Assembly: GCA_964360335.1 (NCBI GenBank)
Contig: CAYHVH010000001.1
Span: 23,426 to 87,425, forward strand
Length of the DNA: 64,000 nt
Reading direction: 5' to 3'
Source of the DNA: an uncultured Candidatus Saccharibacteria bacterium
GTDB lineage: Bacteria > Patescibacteriota > Doudnabacteria > UBA920 > 2-01-FULL-46-14
The notes beneath the pieces were generated by a model. That model made no database searches and was not told the DNA's origin. It saw only the letters and a program-made list of their open reading frames with translations. Shown piece by piece: positions 18,396 through 28,211 of this stretch (positions are counted from its first letter, which is position 1; each line of letters opens with the position of its first letter). The position numbers and the translations under genes were made by a program.

Positions 18396-19148
18396 ATGTA
18401 TCAAGAAACGTTTGAGAGCTTAGGTTTAAGCCCCAATGAAGCGAAAATCTACGAAGCCCTGGTGGAAAAAGGGGAGTCCTCGGTAAGCGGGGTGGCGGTT
18501 GCTGCAGGCGTGCACCGCCGCAATGCCTACGATGCCATTCGGCGCCTCATTGATAAGGGCCTGTGCTTTGAAATCTTTTCTTCTGGAGAAAATCGATACA
18601 ATGCGGTCGATCCGGATAAACTCACTGAACTTGTGGCCGAGAGGCAGCAAAAATTAGAAAGTATTCTTCCGGAGCTAAAAAAGAAGTTTACCAAACGCAT
18701 TGCCCCCGAGGAAGCCTACATTTACCGGGGGTACGAGGGCCAAAAAAATATCTGGCGCGATTTGCTGCGGGTCGGGGGCGAGAGCTACGTGGTGGGGGCA
18801 AAAGGCGGATGGTTTGAGCCGAACTTGCAGGCAAGCCGTATCGAATTTTTCAAAGAAGCCAACCGAAAAAAAATCAAATTCTTTCAGCTTTTCGACCATG
18901 AAATAAAAATTCAATTTCCGCGGTTCGTCAAAGACTATCCCGGGACGCTTAAATCTCGGTATTTGCCCAAGGAATACTCCACTAATTCGCTGATTCATGT
19001 CTTTGGGGACTACTTCATTACCTATACGGGCTTGGAACTTATGAGGCTAAGTGAAAAAACAGTATTTTTTGTGATCAAAAGCCGCGACCTCGCGGAAAGC
19101 TACCGGACCTGGTTTTGGTACATGTGGGAACAATCTTCGGAAAAGTAG
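18396..19148 (+). CDS. TrmB-family transcriptional regulator (second paralog)
   Basis: N-terminal HTH (LGLSPNEAKIYEALVEKGESSVSGVAVAAGVHRRNAYDAIRRLIDKGL). Upstream TTGACA-N16-TATATT and palindromes GTGGTCAATACCAC / GGTGATAATTAACACC. Confidence 0.7.
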   Translation: MYQETFESLGLSPNEAKIYEALVEKGESSVSGVAVAAGVHRRNAYDAIRRLIDKGLCFEIFSSGENRYNAVDPDKLTELVAERQQKLESILPELKKKFTKRIAPEEAYIYRGYEGQKNIWRDLLRVGGESYVVGAKGGWFEPNLQASRIEFFKEANRKKIKFFQLFDHEIKIQFPRFVKDYPGTLKSRYLPKEYSTNSLIHVFGDYFITYTGLELMRLSEKTVFFVIKSRDLAESYRTWFWYMWEQSSEK

Positions 19149-19222
19149 CCCTTCGACCCAGCCTTCGCTAAAGCTTCGGCGGGCAGGCAAGCCTGGGGGT
19201 AATATGCTAAAATGAAACCGCG

Positions 19223-20251
19223 ATGATTAACAAAACCTCCAAACCAAAAAGCCGGGTGGTGACGGCCAAAGAGGAGGTCGCGGACCGCGAGCTGGATTTA
19301 ACGCTGCGGCCGAAAACGCTCGAAGAATACATCGGCCAGAAAAAAATCAAAGAACACCTGGCGATTTTTTTGGGGGCGGCGAAAAAACGCAAGGAGCCGA
19401 TGGAACACGTTCTGGTCTACGGCTCCCCGGGCTTGGGCAAAACCACGCTCGCCCACGTGCTGGCGAAAGAAATGGGAGTGGCCATCAAGGTCACTTCAGG
19501 GCCAGCCATCGAACGAGCCGGGGATTTGGCCAGCCTGCTAACCAATCTCCAGGATCATGACGTTCTGTTTATCGACGAAGTCCACCGCTTGCCCCGGGTG
19601 GTCGAAGAAATTCTCTATCCGGCCATGGAAGACTTTCGGTTTGACATTATCTTGGGCAAGGGGCCCGGGGCGCGCTCGGTCAGGCTAGAGCTGCCGCGCT
19701 TCACCATCATCGGGGCGACGACCCGCATCGGCCTGATTTCTGCCCCCCTGCGCGACCGGTTCGGCGTGACTTTGAAACTCGATTACTACGAACCGCAGGA
19801 AATCGAACAAATTATCGCCCGGTCGGCCAAAATTTTGGCCATTAAAATTGCGGAGGGCGCGATTCGGGAGATCGGCCACCGCGCCCGCTTTACGCCCCGC
19901 ATCGCCAACCGGCTCTTGCGTCGCGTCCGAGATTTTGCCCAAATGCGCGGCGACGGAACGATTACTGAAGATTTGGCCAACACTGCTCTGGAACTTTTAG
20001 AGGTGGACGCTTTGGGTTTGGATCGCAACGACCGACAATTTCTCCTGGCGCTGATTGAAAAGTTTCACGGCGGGCCGGTCGGCTTGGGCTCCCTGGCGGC
20101 CGCTACCAGTGAAGAAGAGGATACCATTGCCGATGTCTACGAGCCATATCTGCTAAGATTGGGGATGCTGTCCCGCACTGCCAAAGGGCGAATGGCCACC
20201 CCGAAAGCCTACAATCACCTCGGCCGGAAACCGGAGCGTTCCCTACTATGA
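19223..20251 (+). CDS. ruvB: Holliday junction branch migration ATPase RuvB
   Basis: 342 aa. AAA+ motifs: Walker [10 protein letters not shown] and Walker B FIDEVHRL. Confidence 0.95.
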   Translation: MINKTSKPKSRVVTAKEEVADRELDLTLRPKTLEEYIGQKKIKEHLAIFLGAAKKRKEPMEHVLVYGSPGLGKTTLAHVLAKEMGVAIKVTSGPAIERAGDLASLLTNLQDHDVLFIDEVHRLPRVVEEILYPAMEDFRFDIILGKGPGARSVRLELPRFTIIGATTRIGLISAPLRDRFGVTLKLDYYEPQEIEQIIARSAKILAIKIAEGAIREIGHRARFTPRIANRLLRRVRDFAQMRGDGTITEDLANTALELLEVDALGLDRNDRQFLLALIEKFHGGPVGLGSLAAATSEEEDTIADVYEPYLLRLGMLSRTAKGRMATPKAYNHLGRKPERSLL

Positions 20252-20454
20252 TCAAACTCCTAGCAGAAATCCTTTTTTACGCCTTGATGCTCCTCCTGGC
20301 GGTTTACAGCGCCGTCATGATTTACGTCTTATTGCGGTTCGGGGAATCAAAGATTTTCGGTTTCGTCCTGTCGGCGTTTTATTTCCTTTTGATGGTTAGT
20401 TTTTACGCCGCGGCTTCCGTGCAGTTTGAAAATCTCCCATTTCCCGAAATATGA
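20248..20454 (+). CDS. Small two-TM membrane protein
   Basis: 68 aa, hydrophobic, translationally coupled to neighbours by ATGA overlaps. Confidence 0.35.
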   Translation: MIKLLAEILFYALMLLLAVYSAVMIYVLLRFGESKIFGFVLSAFYFLLMVSFYAAASVQFENLPFPEI

Positions 20455-21014
20455 GTAAATTTCTCGCGAAGCGAAAATATCTCTTTCCCGGCCAGCAGGC
20501 CCAAGAAAAGATTTATCTGGTCACCCGGCGACACTGGATCGTACTTATGAAAGAGGTTGCCGTCTGGCTGTTGTTTGTGGCAATTCTCCTGGTGGCCGAT
20601 AATTTCCTAACGCCGCGGTTTCCGATTCTGAACGAGTCCCCTTATGCCCAAATCTTGGGTCTCCTCAAAACGGTTTATATGATGTTTCTGCTGGCTGCCC
20701 TGTTTTCCATCTGGATTTTGTACTACCTCAACTACCAAGTCGTTACGAACGAGCGAATTGTCGACGTCACCCAAACCAACCTCTTGCACCACACCACTTC
20801 CGAATTTCACTTAAGCCGGACCCAAGATGTCACGGCCGAGATCCGAGGAATTTTTGGAAACTTTTTCAACTACGGAAACGTCTATGTTCAGACGGCAGGG
20901 GAGACGGTCCGGTTTGAATTTGACCGCGTTCCCAATCCCCATCAGGTCGAAAAATTAATCCTCGACCTCTACGAGCGCCTGCCGGACAGCCAAAAGCGCC
21001 CAAAGGAATGGTAA
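20451..21014 (+). CDS. Membrane protein with a bacterial PH (bPH_2 / YdbS-YdbT-like) domain
   Basis: 187 aa. Two TM helices followed by a PH-like domain (KIYLVTRRHW...TNERIVDVTQ). Confidence 0.5.
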   Translation: MSKFLAKRKYLFPGQQAQEKIYLVTRRHWIVLMKEVAVWLLFVAILLVADNFLTPRFPILNESPYAQILGLLKTVYMMFLLAALFSIWILYYLNYQVVTNERIVDVTQTNLLHHTTSEFHLSRTQDVTAEIRGIFGNFFNYGNVYVQTAGETVRFEFDRVPNPHQVEKLILDLYERLPDSQKRPKEW

Positions 21015-21442
21015 GGAGAACCACAGTTGCGGTTTCGGGGGGCTTTGATCCCGTGCATAGCGGGCACATCAGTCTGTTTCGCGAAGCCAAAAAGCTTGGG
21101 GACCGTTTGGTCGTGATTTTGAACAACGACCATTGGCTAAAGAAAAAGAAGGGATATGTGTTTATGCCACAGAAAGACCGAGAGGCGGTTCTCCGGGCCA
21201 TCAGGTATGTCGATGACGTCAAAGTTACCGCTCATCCCAAAAATTCCGACGACATATCGGTCTGCCAGATACTCAAGCGACTCCGGCCCAATATTTTCGC
21301 CAACGGGGGAGATCGCCTGCCCAGCAATATTCCGGAATATGACCTCTGCGAAAAACTGGGAATCAAAATGGTTTTCAAGGTTGGCGGGGAAAAAGCGCAA
21401 AGTTCCAGCGAACTTGTGAGGCAAGTAAGAAGCCGCAAATAA
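21008..21442 (+). CDS. Cytidylyl/adenylyl-transferase (HIGH-motif nucleotidyltransferase; RfaE-domain-II / TagD-like)
   Basis: 144 aa. GGFDPVHSGH signature. Confidence 0.65.
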   Translation: MVRRTTVAVSGGFDPVHSGHISLFREAKKLGDRLVVILNNDHWLKKKKGYVFMPQKDREAVLRAIRYVDDVKVTAHPKNSDDISVCQILKRLRPNIFANGGDRLPSNIPEYDLCEKLGIKMVFKVGGEKAQSSSELVRQVRSRK

Positions 21443-22858
21443 ATGTCTCTCGGACGCCGGATCTTTTATAACACCATCGCACAAACCCTCGGCAAAGCCG
21501 GGGCGATTGTTATTGGGCTTGTTACCATTGCTTTCTTAAGTCGCTACCTTCAGGAATCTGGCTTCGGGCAGTATGCCACCGTGATTGCTTTCTTGGGTTT
21601 TTTTGTGGTCCTGGCCGATCTGGGGCTTTACTTATATGTGGTCAGGGAAATTAGTAAGCCCGAAACCAACCACCCAAAAATTTTAAGCAACGCTTTGGGC
21701 TTAAGACTGGTGGCCTCGCTCGTGGCACTGGTCATCGGGGCGATAATTGCTCTCCTCTTTCCTTATGACCCGCTGGTCAAAAAGACCATGTTCGTGGGGA
21801 TTGGAGCCTTTTTATTCGCCTCCCTGAATCAGTCCTTAATCGGCGTTTTTCAAAAACATCTCGTCCAGCATCTAGTAGTCTTCTCCGAAACGGTTGGGCG
21901 GGCGGTTAATCTCCTCTTGGTCTATCTTTTTATCCGAGCTTCCCTGTCGCTTCCTTTTTTTGTTTTGGCCCTGCTTTTGGCCAACGCCGTAATTTTTTCG
22001 CTGACGCTCAAGTTTGCGCGCCGTTATGAGTATTTTGGGATTGCTTTTGATCTAGAATTTTGGAAAAAAATCTTGGCGGCCACCTGGCCCCTCATCTTCT
22101 CGGTCGTTTTGAATCTTCTTTACTTCAAGGCCGATACCATCATTCTTTCGATATTCCACCCCCAAGCCGTGGTCGGGATCTATAGCCTGCCCTATAAAAT
22201 TTTGGAGGGGTTGCTGGCTTTCCCGGCGATGTTTGTGGGATTGATCATGCCATTGCTCTCGTCTTCCGCTTTTGTCGACTGGAAAAAGTTTCAATATTAC
22301 CTCCAGCGCGCCTTTGATGCTCTAGCTTTGATGGCCACTCTAGTCGTGGTAGTAACCCTCTTTTTTGCTCACGAGATAGTTGATCTTCTTAGAGGAGAAC
22401 AACCCTATCTTGATTCTCCAGCTCTCTTACAAATTCTCATTTTGCCTGCCGCGACCATCTTTTTAGGCACACTCTTCGGCTACGCGGTTGTGGCCGTAAA
22501 TCAGCAAAAAGCCATGATTAAAGGGTACTTGTTGGGGGCGATTGTTGGTTTAATCTTATATTTTGCTTTCATCCCTCAATTTGGCTATTGGGGAGCGGCT
22601 TGGGGCACGGTCGTTACCGAAATTGTGGTCGCCAGTTTTGCCTATTTCTTGGTGAAAAAATCAGTGGGTCGGGGGCTCTCCTGGCAAATTCTCGGGCGCA
22701 CCGTCCCGGCAGTCCTTCTGATGATCTTATTTTTCTATTTTGTGTCCATCCAGTGGCTTCTGGAAATTGGGCTGGGTTTCTTTATTTATGTGCTGGGGCT
22801 CATGCTCTTCCGGGCCATACCCTATTCCTTCGTCCGAGAGCTTTTGTTCCGCAAATGA
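21443..22858 (+). CDS. Polysaccharide biosynthesis / export flippase (Wzx/MOP superfamily)
   Basis: 471 aa with roughly 12-14 TM helices; N-terminus RIFYNTIAQTLGKAG. Confidence 0.7.
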   Translation: MSLGRRIFYNTIAQTLGKAGAIVIGLVTIAFLSRYLQESGFGQYATVIAFLGFFVVLADLGLYLYVVREISKPETNHPKILSNALGLRLVASLVALVIGAIIALLFPYDPLVKKTMFVGIGAFLFASLNQSLIGVFQKHLVQHLVVFSETVGRAVNLLLVYLFIRASLSLPFFVLALLLANAVIFSLTLKFARRYEYFGIAFDLEFWKKILAATWPLIFSVVLNLLYFKADTIILSIFHPQAVVGIYSLPYKILEGLLAFPAMFVGLIMPLLSSSAFVDWKKFQYYLQRAFDALALMATLVVVVTLFFAHEIVDLLRGEQPYLDSPALLQILILPAATIFLGTLFGYAVVAVNQQKAMIKGYLLGAIVGLILYFAFIPQFGYWGAAWGTVVTEIVVASFAYFLVKKSVGRGLSWQILGRTVPAVLLMILFFYFVSIQWLLEIGLGFFIYVLGLMLFRAIPYSFVRELLFRK

Positions 22859-23997
22859 AAATTTATTTTTTTAAATTCCCCCTGGGAGCTTCGCTCGGCG
22901 GAGCAGAATTCCATTCCTTGCAACTGGCCGAATATTTCCAAAGGCAAGGGCATGAAGTTCAGCTCTTTAGTTCGGACCGCCGGCTGTTCCGGCTCTTCGA
23001 ACAGCGCCGCTTGCCAAGAAGACGATTATTCGTGGGCTACGAGCCGACCAGCAAACCTGCCCTGCTGCTTTGGCCGCTAACTTACTTTCTGGCCAAACGA
23101 AAATTCCTAAAAATTCTGGCGGCTGTCCCAAACGGCAGCGTGTTCCTTTTTCAGAGTTTAACCGAAAAATTGATTCTGACCGGCCCTGCCCTCAAACACG
23201 GGGTAAAAATTTTCTGGCTTGAGCATAAAATCCCGGGCCGCTGGCTTTGGCAAAACCCCCTAAAATTCTGGTATCTTAAGTTGTCAAGACTGGTTCAGTT
23301 GGTGACTGTGTCGAATTTTGCCAAGCAAGAATTTATTAAACTCGGTGTCCCTGCAAAGAATATTCAAATAATCTACCCCGGCATAAAAACGGGCGGCCTT
23401 GAGCGACCGCCTTTTACCCGCTCCTACACCATCGGCCTTTTGTCGCGGCTCGAACCCGAGAAGGGAATATTAGATTTTCTGCAAATCCTTGGCCCTTATC
23501 TCAAAAAACGCCCGAATTGGCAAGTCCTGGTTGCCGGAACGGGAAGTCAGAATTCCCAAATCCAGAAACTCATTACCGAAACTGCTCTGACAAACCAAGT
23601 CCGACTCTTTGGGTTTGTATCCTCTTTAGACGACTTTTTCTCCCAAATTGCGGTTTTGGTTTATCCCTCCCTTGTCCCCGAATCTTTTGGCCTAAGTATC
23701 GCCCAGGCTCAAGGGCGGGGTATTCCAGTGGTCGCCTCGAGCCGCGGGGCCTTGTCGGAAAGTGTCACGCATCAAAAAACTGGCTTTCTGGTAGAGCCGG
23801 GGAGTCCTGGGCAGTGGGTGGCCTATCTCGAAAAACTAACAAACCCTAAAATCTACCAAGAGATGTCGGCACAAGCCAGGCTGGCCGCGGTAAACTTTGC
23901 CGAAGAGAAAATGTTCACCGCTTTCCACAAACTTTTTTTTCCAGCTAAAATCGGTAAATCACTCGCTTCACCGCTTGGTGGCCGACAGTCTGATTGA
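22855..23997 (+). CDS. Glycosyltransferase family 1
   Basis: Starts MKIYFFKFPLG; the ATG overlaps the flippase stop (ATGA). C-terminal GT1 motif (ESFGLSIAQAQGRGIPVVAS). Confidence 0.75.
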   Translation: MKIYFFKFPLGASLGGAEFHSLQLAEYFQRQGHEVQLFSSDRRLFRLFEQRRLPRRRLFVGYEPTSKPALLLWPLTYFLAKRKFLKILAAVPNGSVFLFQSLTEKLILTGPALKHGVKIFWLEHKIPGRWLWQNPLKFWYLKLSRLVQLVTVSNFAKQEFIKLGVPAKNIQIIYPGIKTGGLERPPFTRSYTIGLLSRLEPEKGILDFLQILGPYLKKRPNWQVLVAGTGSQNSQIQKLITETALTNQVRLFGFVSSLDDFFSQIAVLVYPSLVPESFGLSIAQAQGRGIPVVASSRGALSESVTHQKTGFLVEPGSPGQWVAYLEKLTNPKIYQEMSAQARLAAVNFAEEKMFTAFHKLFFPAKIGKSLASPLGGRQSD

Positions 23998-24235
23998 TGA
24001 CCTTCAGAATTTTTGCCTCATGGAGCCGGAGTTCATTGGCCATCACGGCGCTTCGGGTTTTGACGGTGAGGGTTTTTTTCTGGAGACTGACTGGCCTGAT
24101 CGCCTCGGATTCGGGGATCAAATTTTTTATTTCCGCCCGATAGAGATCGAAAATTCGCACGATTTCCAGCTGCCGCGAAAGCTCGTCTTTGCGGCTGAAT
24201 TTGCCCTGGAGCGTTTCCCCTAATTTTTTAAACAT
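23945..24235 (-). CDS. DUF721 (DciA-like) protein downstream of recF
   Basis: 96 aa. Conserved position after recF in the dnaA-dnaN-recF cluster. Confidence 0.55.
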   Translation of the reverse strand: MFKKLGETLQGKFSRKDELSRQLEIVRIFDLYRAEIKNLIPESEAIRPVSLQKKTLTVKTRSAVMANELRLHEAKILKVINQTVGHQAVKRVIYRF

Positions 24236-25358
24236 TTATCGCGGTCGAAGTTACTGCTCCCTGATTGACGGCATAGACCTGCGCCCTTTTCGGCAAAAAA
24301 TCCTGAACCTCTTCGAGATGAATAGTAGTGAGAAATACCTGTTTCAGGATGGACAAAAAGCCGGTTAATTTTTTCTGGTGCTCAAAATCAAACTCGGAAA
24401 AGATATCATCCAAAAGCATGATTGGGGATTCTCCGGTTTGCTCCTCCAGATATTGCTTTTCCGTAAACTTTAGCGCCAGGGTCAAGCTCCGCATCTGCCC
24501 ACGAGAAACAAACCCAACCACGTCCTTGCCCTGAAGCAGGGTCGCAAAGTCATCGCGGTGCGGCCCGAGAAGAGTGGTACCGCGCTGCCGTTCGGTTTGG
24601 CGCAAACTGCGAAGCTTTTCGAGAAATTCCTGCTTGTTCACCGCTCCAGACATACGATAAACAAACTTCACTTCCGTAAGTTCGGGGGATAGGGAAGCGA
24701 TAATGGCGGGAAGGGAAGCGTTCAAATATTTTAAGAGGTTGTCTCGGTGCTGACAGATGAGGCTGCCAAACTCCGCCAATTTTTCATCCCAAATGTCCAT
24801 CTCTGGAAGCCCGAGTTTTTCATCATCGATACGCTCCCGGCCTTGACCGGAAATCTTTTGCCAGAGCTCATTGCGCTGCCGTAAACTTTTTTCATACTGC
24901 TGTTGAGCATATCGATATTGCCGAGTACCGAGCGACAGGGTTTCGCTTAGAAACCGCCGCCGGTTGCTAGGGGACCGCGTTAAGATATTCAAGTCCTGGG
25001 GCACGAAACTGACAATGGGCAGGATCCCGGCATACTTGCTGCGCGGTGTTTCTTGGCCATTAACTTTGAGTTTGTAAATTGGCCGTGTCTCTCTATATTC
25101 TGCGTAAACCTCCTGAACGACCGGTTCCCGGTTTTCCAACTCTATTTTTGCGCGCAAAAAATTTCGCCCTTCCAAAAACAACTGCCCAAATTTGCTTTCG
25201 GGAAACTTTCGCAGCGTGCTCCCGAAATATATACCCTCCAAAAAATTGGTTTTTCCGGCACCATTCGGCCCCGTTAAAACTACAAAGCCCTGATCGAGAT
25301 GCAAATCAAGGCTTTGAAAGTTTCGAAAGTTTTGGAATAGGAGCCGGGCAATATGCAT
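24228..25358 (-). CDS. recF: DNA replication and repair protein RecF
   Basis: 376 aa. Walker A GPNGAGKTN and the SMC-like signature. Confidence 0.9.
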   Translation of the reverse strand: MHIARLLFQNFRNFQSLDLHLDQGFVVLTGPNGAGKTNFLEGIYFGSTLRKFPESKFGQLFLEGRNFLRAKIELENREPVVQEVYAEYRETRPIYKLKVNGQETPRSKYAGILPIVSFVPQDLNILTRSPSNRRRFLSETLSLGTRQYRYAQQQYEKSLRQRNELWQKISGQGRERIDDEKLGLPEMDIWDEKLAEFGSLICQHRDNLLKYLNASLPAIIASLSPELTEVKFVYRMSGAVNKQEFLEKLRSLRQTERQRGTTLLGPHRDDFATLLQGKDVVGFVSRGQMRSLTLALKFTEKQYLEEQTGESPIMLLDDIFSEFDFEHQKKLTGFLSILKQVFLTTIHLEEVQDFLPKRAQVYAVNQGAVTSTAINV

Positions 25359-25360
25359 TT

Positions 25361-26455
25361 TCAGATCTTGATCGGCATGACGATATAGAGGTAGTTGTCC
25401 CTCCCTGCCGGTACCAAGGCCGCAGGAGACGAAGAGTTGATGACTCTTAAAGAAACCTGCTCGTCTGGTAAATTATTCAGGCACTCCAGGAGATAGCGGT
25501 AGTTGAAAACTGCCGCATTTTTTTCGCCCGTTAATTCCCCGAACAGGCGAATTTCGCTCCCTCCCACCTGGACCGCTTGGGACTTGATTACCACCTGCTT
25601 CCCTGGCGGATTGAGTTCCAGCTCAATGTTGTTGGTGTCCCCGGCGAAAAGGCTTGCCGCCTTCAAAGCCTGTACAAATTCGCCCCGCTTGAGCTCTGCC
25701 TGGGTTGTGAAGTTTTGAGGGACTATCTGTTTGTAATCTGGATACTGGCCCTCGATCAGACGCGAAATAAGTTCAACCTCCTCGGTTCTCAAACAAATTT
25801 GCCCTTCCTTGAGAAAGACCTCGATTGTTCCCTCCCCCATGCTTCTACTTGCTTCATTGACGGCGCGGGTTGGGACAATCACCTGGCGGTTGCTACCCAC
25901 CTCTTCCCCAAGTGGGATTTTTACTTCTGCCAAGCGGTAGCGGTCGGTGGTAGCCAGGGTTAGCCCTTTCCCCTCAAAACTAAACAACACCCCAGAAATT
26001 TCCGGCTGGGTTTCGGAAAAGGCCGCGGCAAATCCTACCTCCCCAACTCCTTCCCGAAGCGCTTTCCCTGAGAGTTTGGTATAAACCCCGCCTTCCCCCC
26101 CGGGAATGAGGGGAAAGTCTTCTACCCCCAAGCCGTTGATATGAGTTTTGGCGTTTTCCCCTTCCAGCAACAGGTCGGTTTTTTCTGTGGAGATAGTGAG
26201 CTTTTCCGTTAGCAAATTAGCCACGAGTTCGTTGAGTAATTTCGCCGGTACCGTAAGCTCCCCGTCTTCTACTACTTTCCCCCCCACCCAAGTATTAACC
26301 GCCATCTCTAGATTTGTGGTGGTGAGTTTGAGGCGACCCTTCTCTGTGCGGAGCAAAATATTGTTGAGAATGGGTAGGGCGTTCCCTCCCCCAATAATCC
26401 GCGAGCAGATCTGTAAGCCAGCATTGAGGTTTTTTTTTGTACACTGCATTTTCAT
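25361..26455 (-). CDS. dnaN: DNA polymerase III beta sliding clamp
   Basis: 364 aa, three-domain clamp architecture, immediately downstream of dnaA. Confidence 0.9.
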   Translation of the reverse strand: MKMQCTKKNLNAGLQICSRIIGGGNALPILNNILLRTEKGRLKLTTTNLEMAVNTWVGGKVVEDGELTVPAKLLNELVANLLTEKLTISTEKTDLLLEGENAKTHINGLGVEDFPLIPGGEGGVYTKLSGKALREGVGEVGFAAAFSETQPEISGVLFSFEGKGLTLATTDRYRLAEVKIPLGEEVGSNRQVIVPTRAVNEASRSMGEGTIEVFLKEGQICLRTEEVELISRLIEGQYPDYKQIVPQNFTTQAELKRGEFVQALKAASLFAGDTNNIELELNPPGKQVVIKSQAVQVGGSEIRLFGELTGEKNAAVFNYRYLLECLNNLPDEQVSLRVINSSSPAALVPAGRDNYLYIVMPIKI

Positions 26456-26499
26456 AAAAGTGATTGTTTCTAAAGAAGAAGTTTTAGTAAGGAGTAATT

Positions 26500-26660
26500 A
26501 TAGTAATTGCTGGGGGAATGTGGGAAAGGGGGAGATTCTGCTGCTAGCGCCCGTCCCCAGTTCGCGGCCGGTGGGGAAGGTGGTGACAGGGGTGGGGAGA
26601 GATTGGGGGGGAAGGAAACAAGGACAGGATCTTTCCCCCAATCCCCCCACAGTTAATCCA
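26500..26660. repeat. G-run-rich palindromic spacer between dnaA and dnaN (GGGGA/TCCCC hairpins), possibly related to family A
   Basis: GATTGGGGGGGAAGG...CTTTCCCCCAATCCCCCC (roughly 13-bp stem), plus GTCCCCAG...GGTGGGGAAGG and GGGGTGGGGAGAG. Confidence 0.4.
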
Positions 26661-28017
26661 TATAGATTCGGTTGGTAATCAGGCTTATTTCATGTTTGAG
26701 GGCTTCCTTTTCCTTTCCTACCCTTTGGACTTTGTCAATGGCGTGGATGACTGTGGTGTGGTCGCGCCCGCCGAAAATTTCCCCTATCATCGGTAGACTG
26801 GTCTCGAGTTCTTTCCTGATAATATACATCGCCACCTGGCGGGGGAGGACGTACTCTTTTTTGCGGGATTGTTTGACGAGGTCGTCAATTGTCACATTGT
26901 AGAAGTCCGCCACGACCTCCATAATTTTTTTTGCCGAGGCCATCCGTTTTTTTGGAGGGAAAACAATGTTGGCAAGGATATTTTTCACCTTGTCCAAGGT
27001 TGGGGAGGTGTTGTTGAGCTGACAAAAAACCATCAGGCGGTTAAGCGAGCCCTCGAGTTCGCGAATGTTAGTCTCCACGGTTTGGGCAATATACTCAAGC
27101 ACCCCTGGCCCAACATCGTAACCTCGCTCTTTGGCTTTTGAGCGCAAGATTGCAAGCCGAGTTTCGAAGTCCGGCGGCTGGACGTCTGCAATCATCCCCC
27201 ATTCAAAGCGGGAAACCAGCCGCTCTTCAATGGCAGGGATTTCCTTTGGTAAACGGTCCGAAGATAGCACTATTTGTTTGTTGATTTGATGTAAGGCGTT
27301 GAAGGTGTGAAAAAATTCTTCCTGGGTTTGTTCCTTGCCTGCCAAAAATTGTACGTCATCGATGAGGAGGACGTCTACCCCCCGATAGAGATTTTTAAAA
27401 GTTTCCCCTTTGTTGTAGCGAACCGCTTGAATGAATTCATTGGTAAATTTTTCCGTGGTGACATACAAAACTTGCTTGGCCACCCCACTATTTAAAAAAT
27501 CATTCCCGATCGCCTGCAGGAGGTGGGTTTTTCCCAGACCGACCCCGCCGTAAATGAACAACGGGTTGTAAGCCCTTCCCGGATTTTTGGTTACTCCCTG
27601 AGCGGCGGCAACGGCCAATTCGTTGTTGCCACCAACAATAAAGTTCAAGAAAGTGTATTTTGGGTTAAGCCCCGTGCTGAGGGAGGAAGACTTGACGGTT
27701 GGGGTATGTTCGGGCGAAGCGGGAAGTGACACAATCCTGGGAGGAGGTTCGGCCGCCCGGCGGTTATAGCCACCGGTAATTTGGTATTCGATTTGTTTGA
27801 TTTCGGGGTTAACAGCGCGGATAGCCCGCAGAATTGCCTGATGGAACTTGTTCATCAGCCATTCTTTGGTAAAGGCGTTGGGCACACCAATAACCACTTT
27901 TCCCGAACTTTGTTCCAAAATTGCGGTGTTTTTAAACCAGGTGGTGAAGCTCGCCTTGGACAGGGAGAGCTCAAGGTTTCCCAGAACCGCCTGCCAGATT
28001 TGTTTAGTGGAGTTCAC
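26653..28017 (-). CDS. dnaA: Chromosomal replication initiator DnaA
   Basis: AAA+ motifs (GGVGLGKTHLL, LIDDVQF) and a C-terminal DnaA-box-binding domain. The real N-terminus (IWQAVLGNLELSLSKASFTTWF) implies a GTG start near 28017. The longer ORF extension to 28233 is rejected. Confidence 0.85.
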   Translation of the reverse strand: MNSTKQIWQAVLGNLELSLSKASFTTWFKNTAILEQSSGKVVIGVPNAFTKEWLMNKFHQAILRAIRAVNPEIKQIEYQITGGYNRRAAEPPPRIVSLPASPEHTPTVKSSSLSTGLNPKYTFLNFIVGGNNELAVAAAQGVTKNPGRAYNPLFIYGGVGLGKTHLLQAIGNDFLNSGVAKQVLYVTTEKFTNEFIQAVRYNKGETFKNLYRGVDVLLIDDVQFLAGKEQTQEEFFHTFNALHQINKQIVLSSDRLPKEIPAIEERLVSRFEWGMIADVQPPDFETRLAILRSKAKERGYDVGPGVLEYIAQTVETNIRELEGSLNRLMVFCQLNNTSPTLDKVKNILANIVFPPKKRMASAKKIMEVVADFYNVTIDDLVKQSRKKEYVLPRQVAMYIIRKELETSLPMIGEIFGGRDHTTVIHAIDKVQRVGKEKEALKHEISLITNRIYMD

Positions 28018-28211
28018 TTTTGTACCCCATTCTTTTTGCTTATGTTTTTCCCTTGCTGCTATTCTAACAGAATGGTTATCAACATGTAAAATAATAGGAA
28101 ATCCCCAGGAATAAGCCAAAAAAAGGATTGTATGTGGATAGGGTGTGTAAAACCAGTGCATCAAATTTTTGAATTGGCCAAATTCGATTTGGGAAGGTAT
28201 AATTAGAAAAG
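28018..28211. promoter_or_regulatory. AT-rich dnaA/rpmH divergent intergenic region with DnaA-box-like 9-mers (candidate oriC / dnaA promoter)
   Basis: TTATCAACA and TGTGGATAG are each one mismatch from the TTATCCACA box. The region is AT-rich. Confidence 0.4.
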
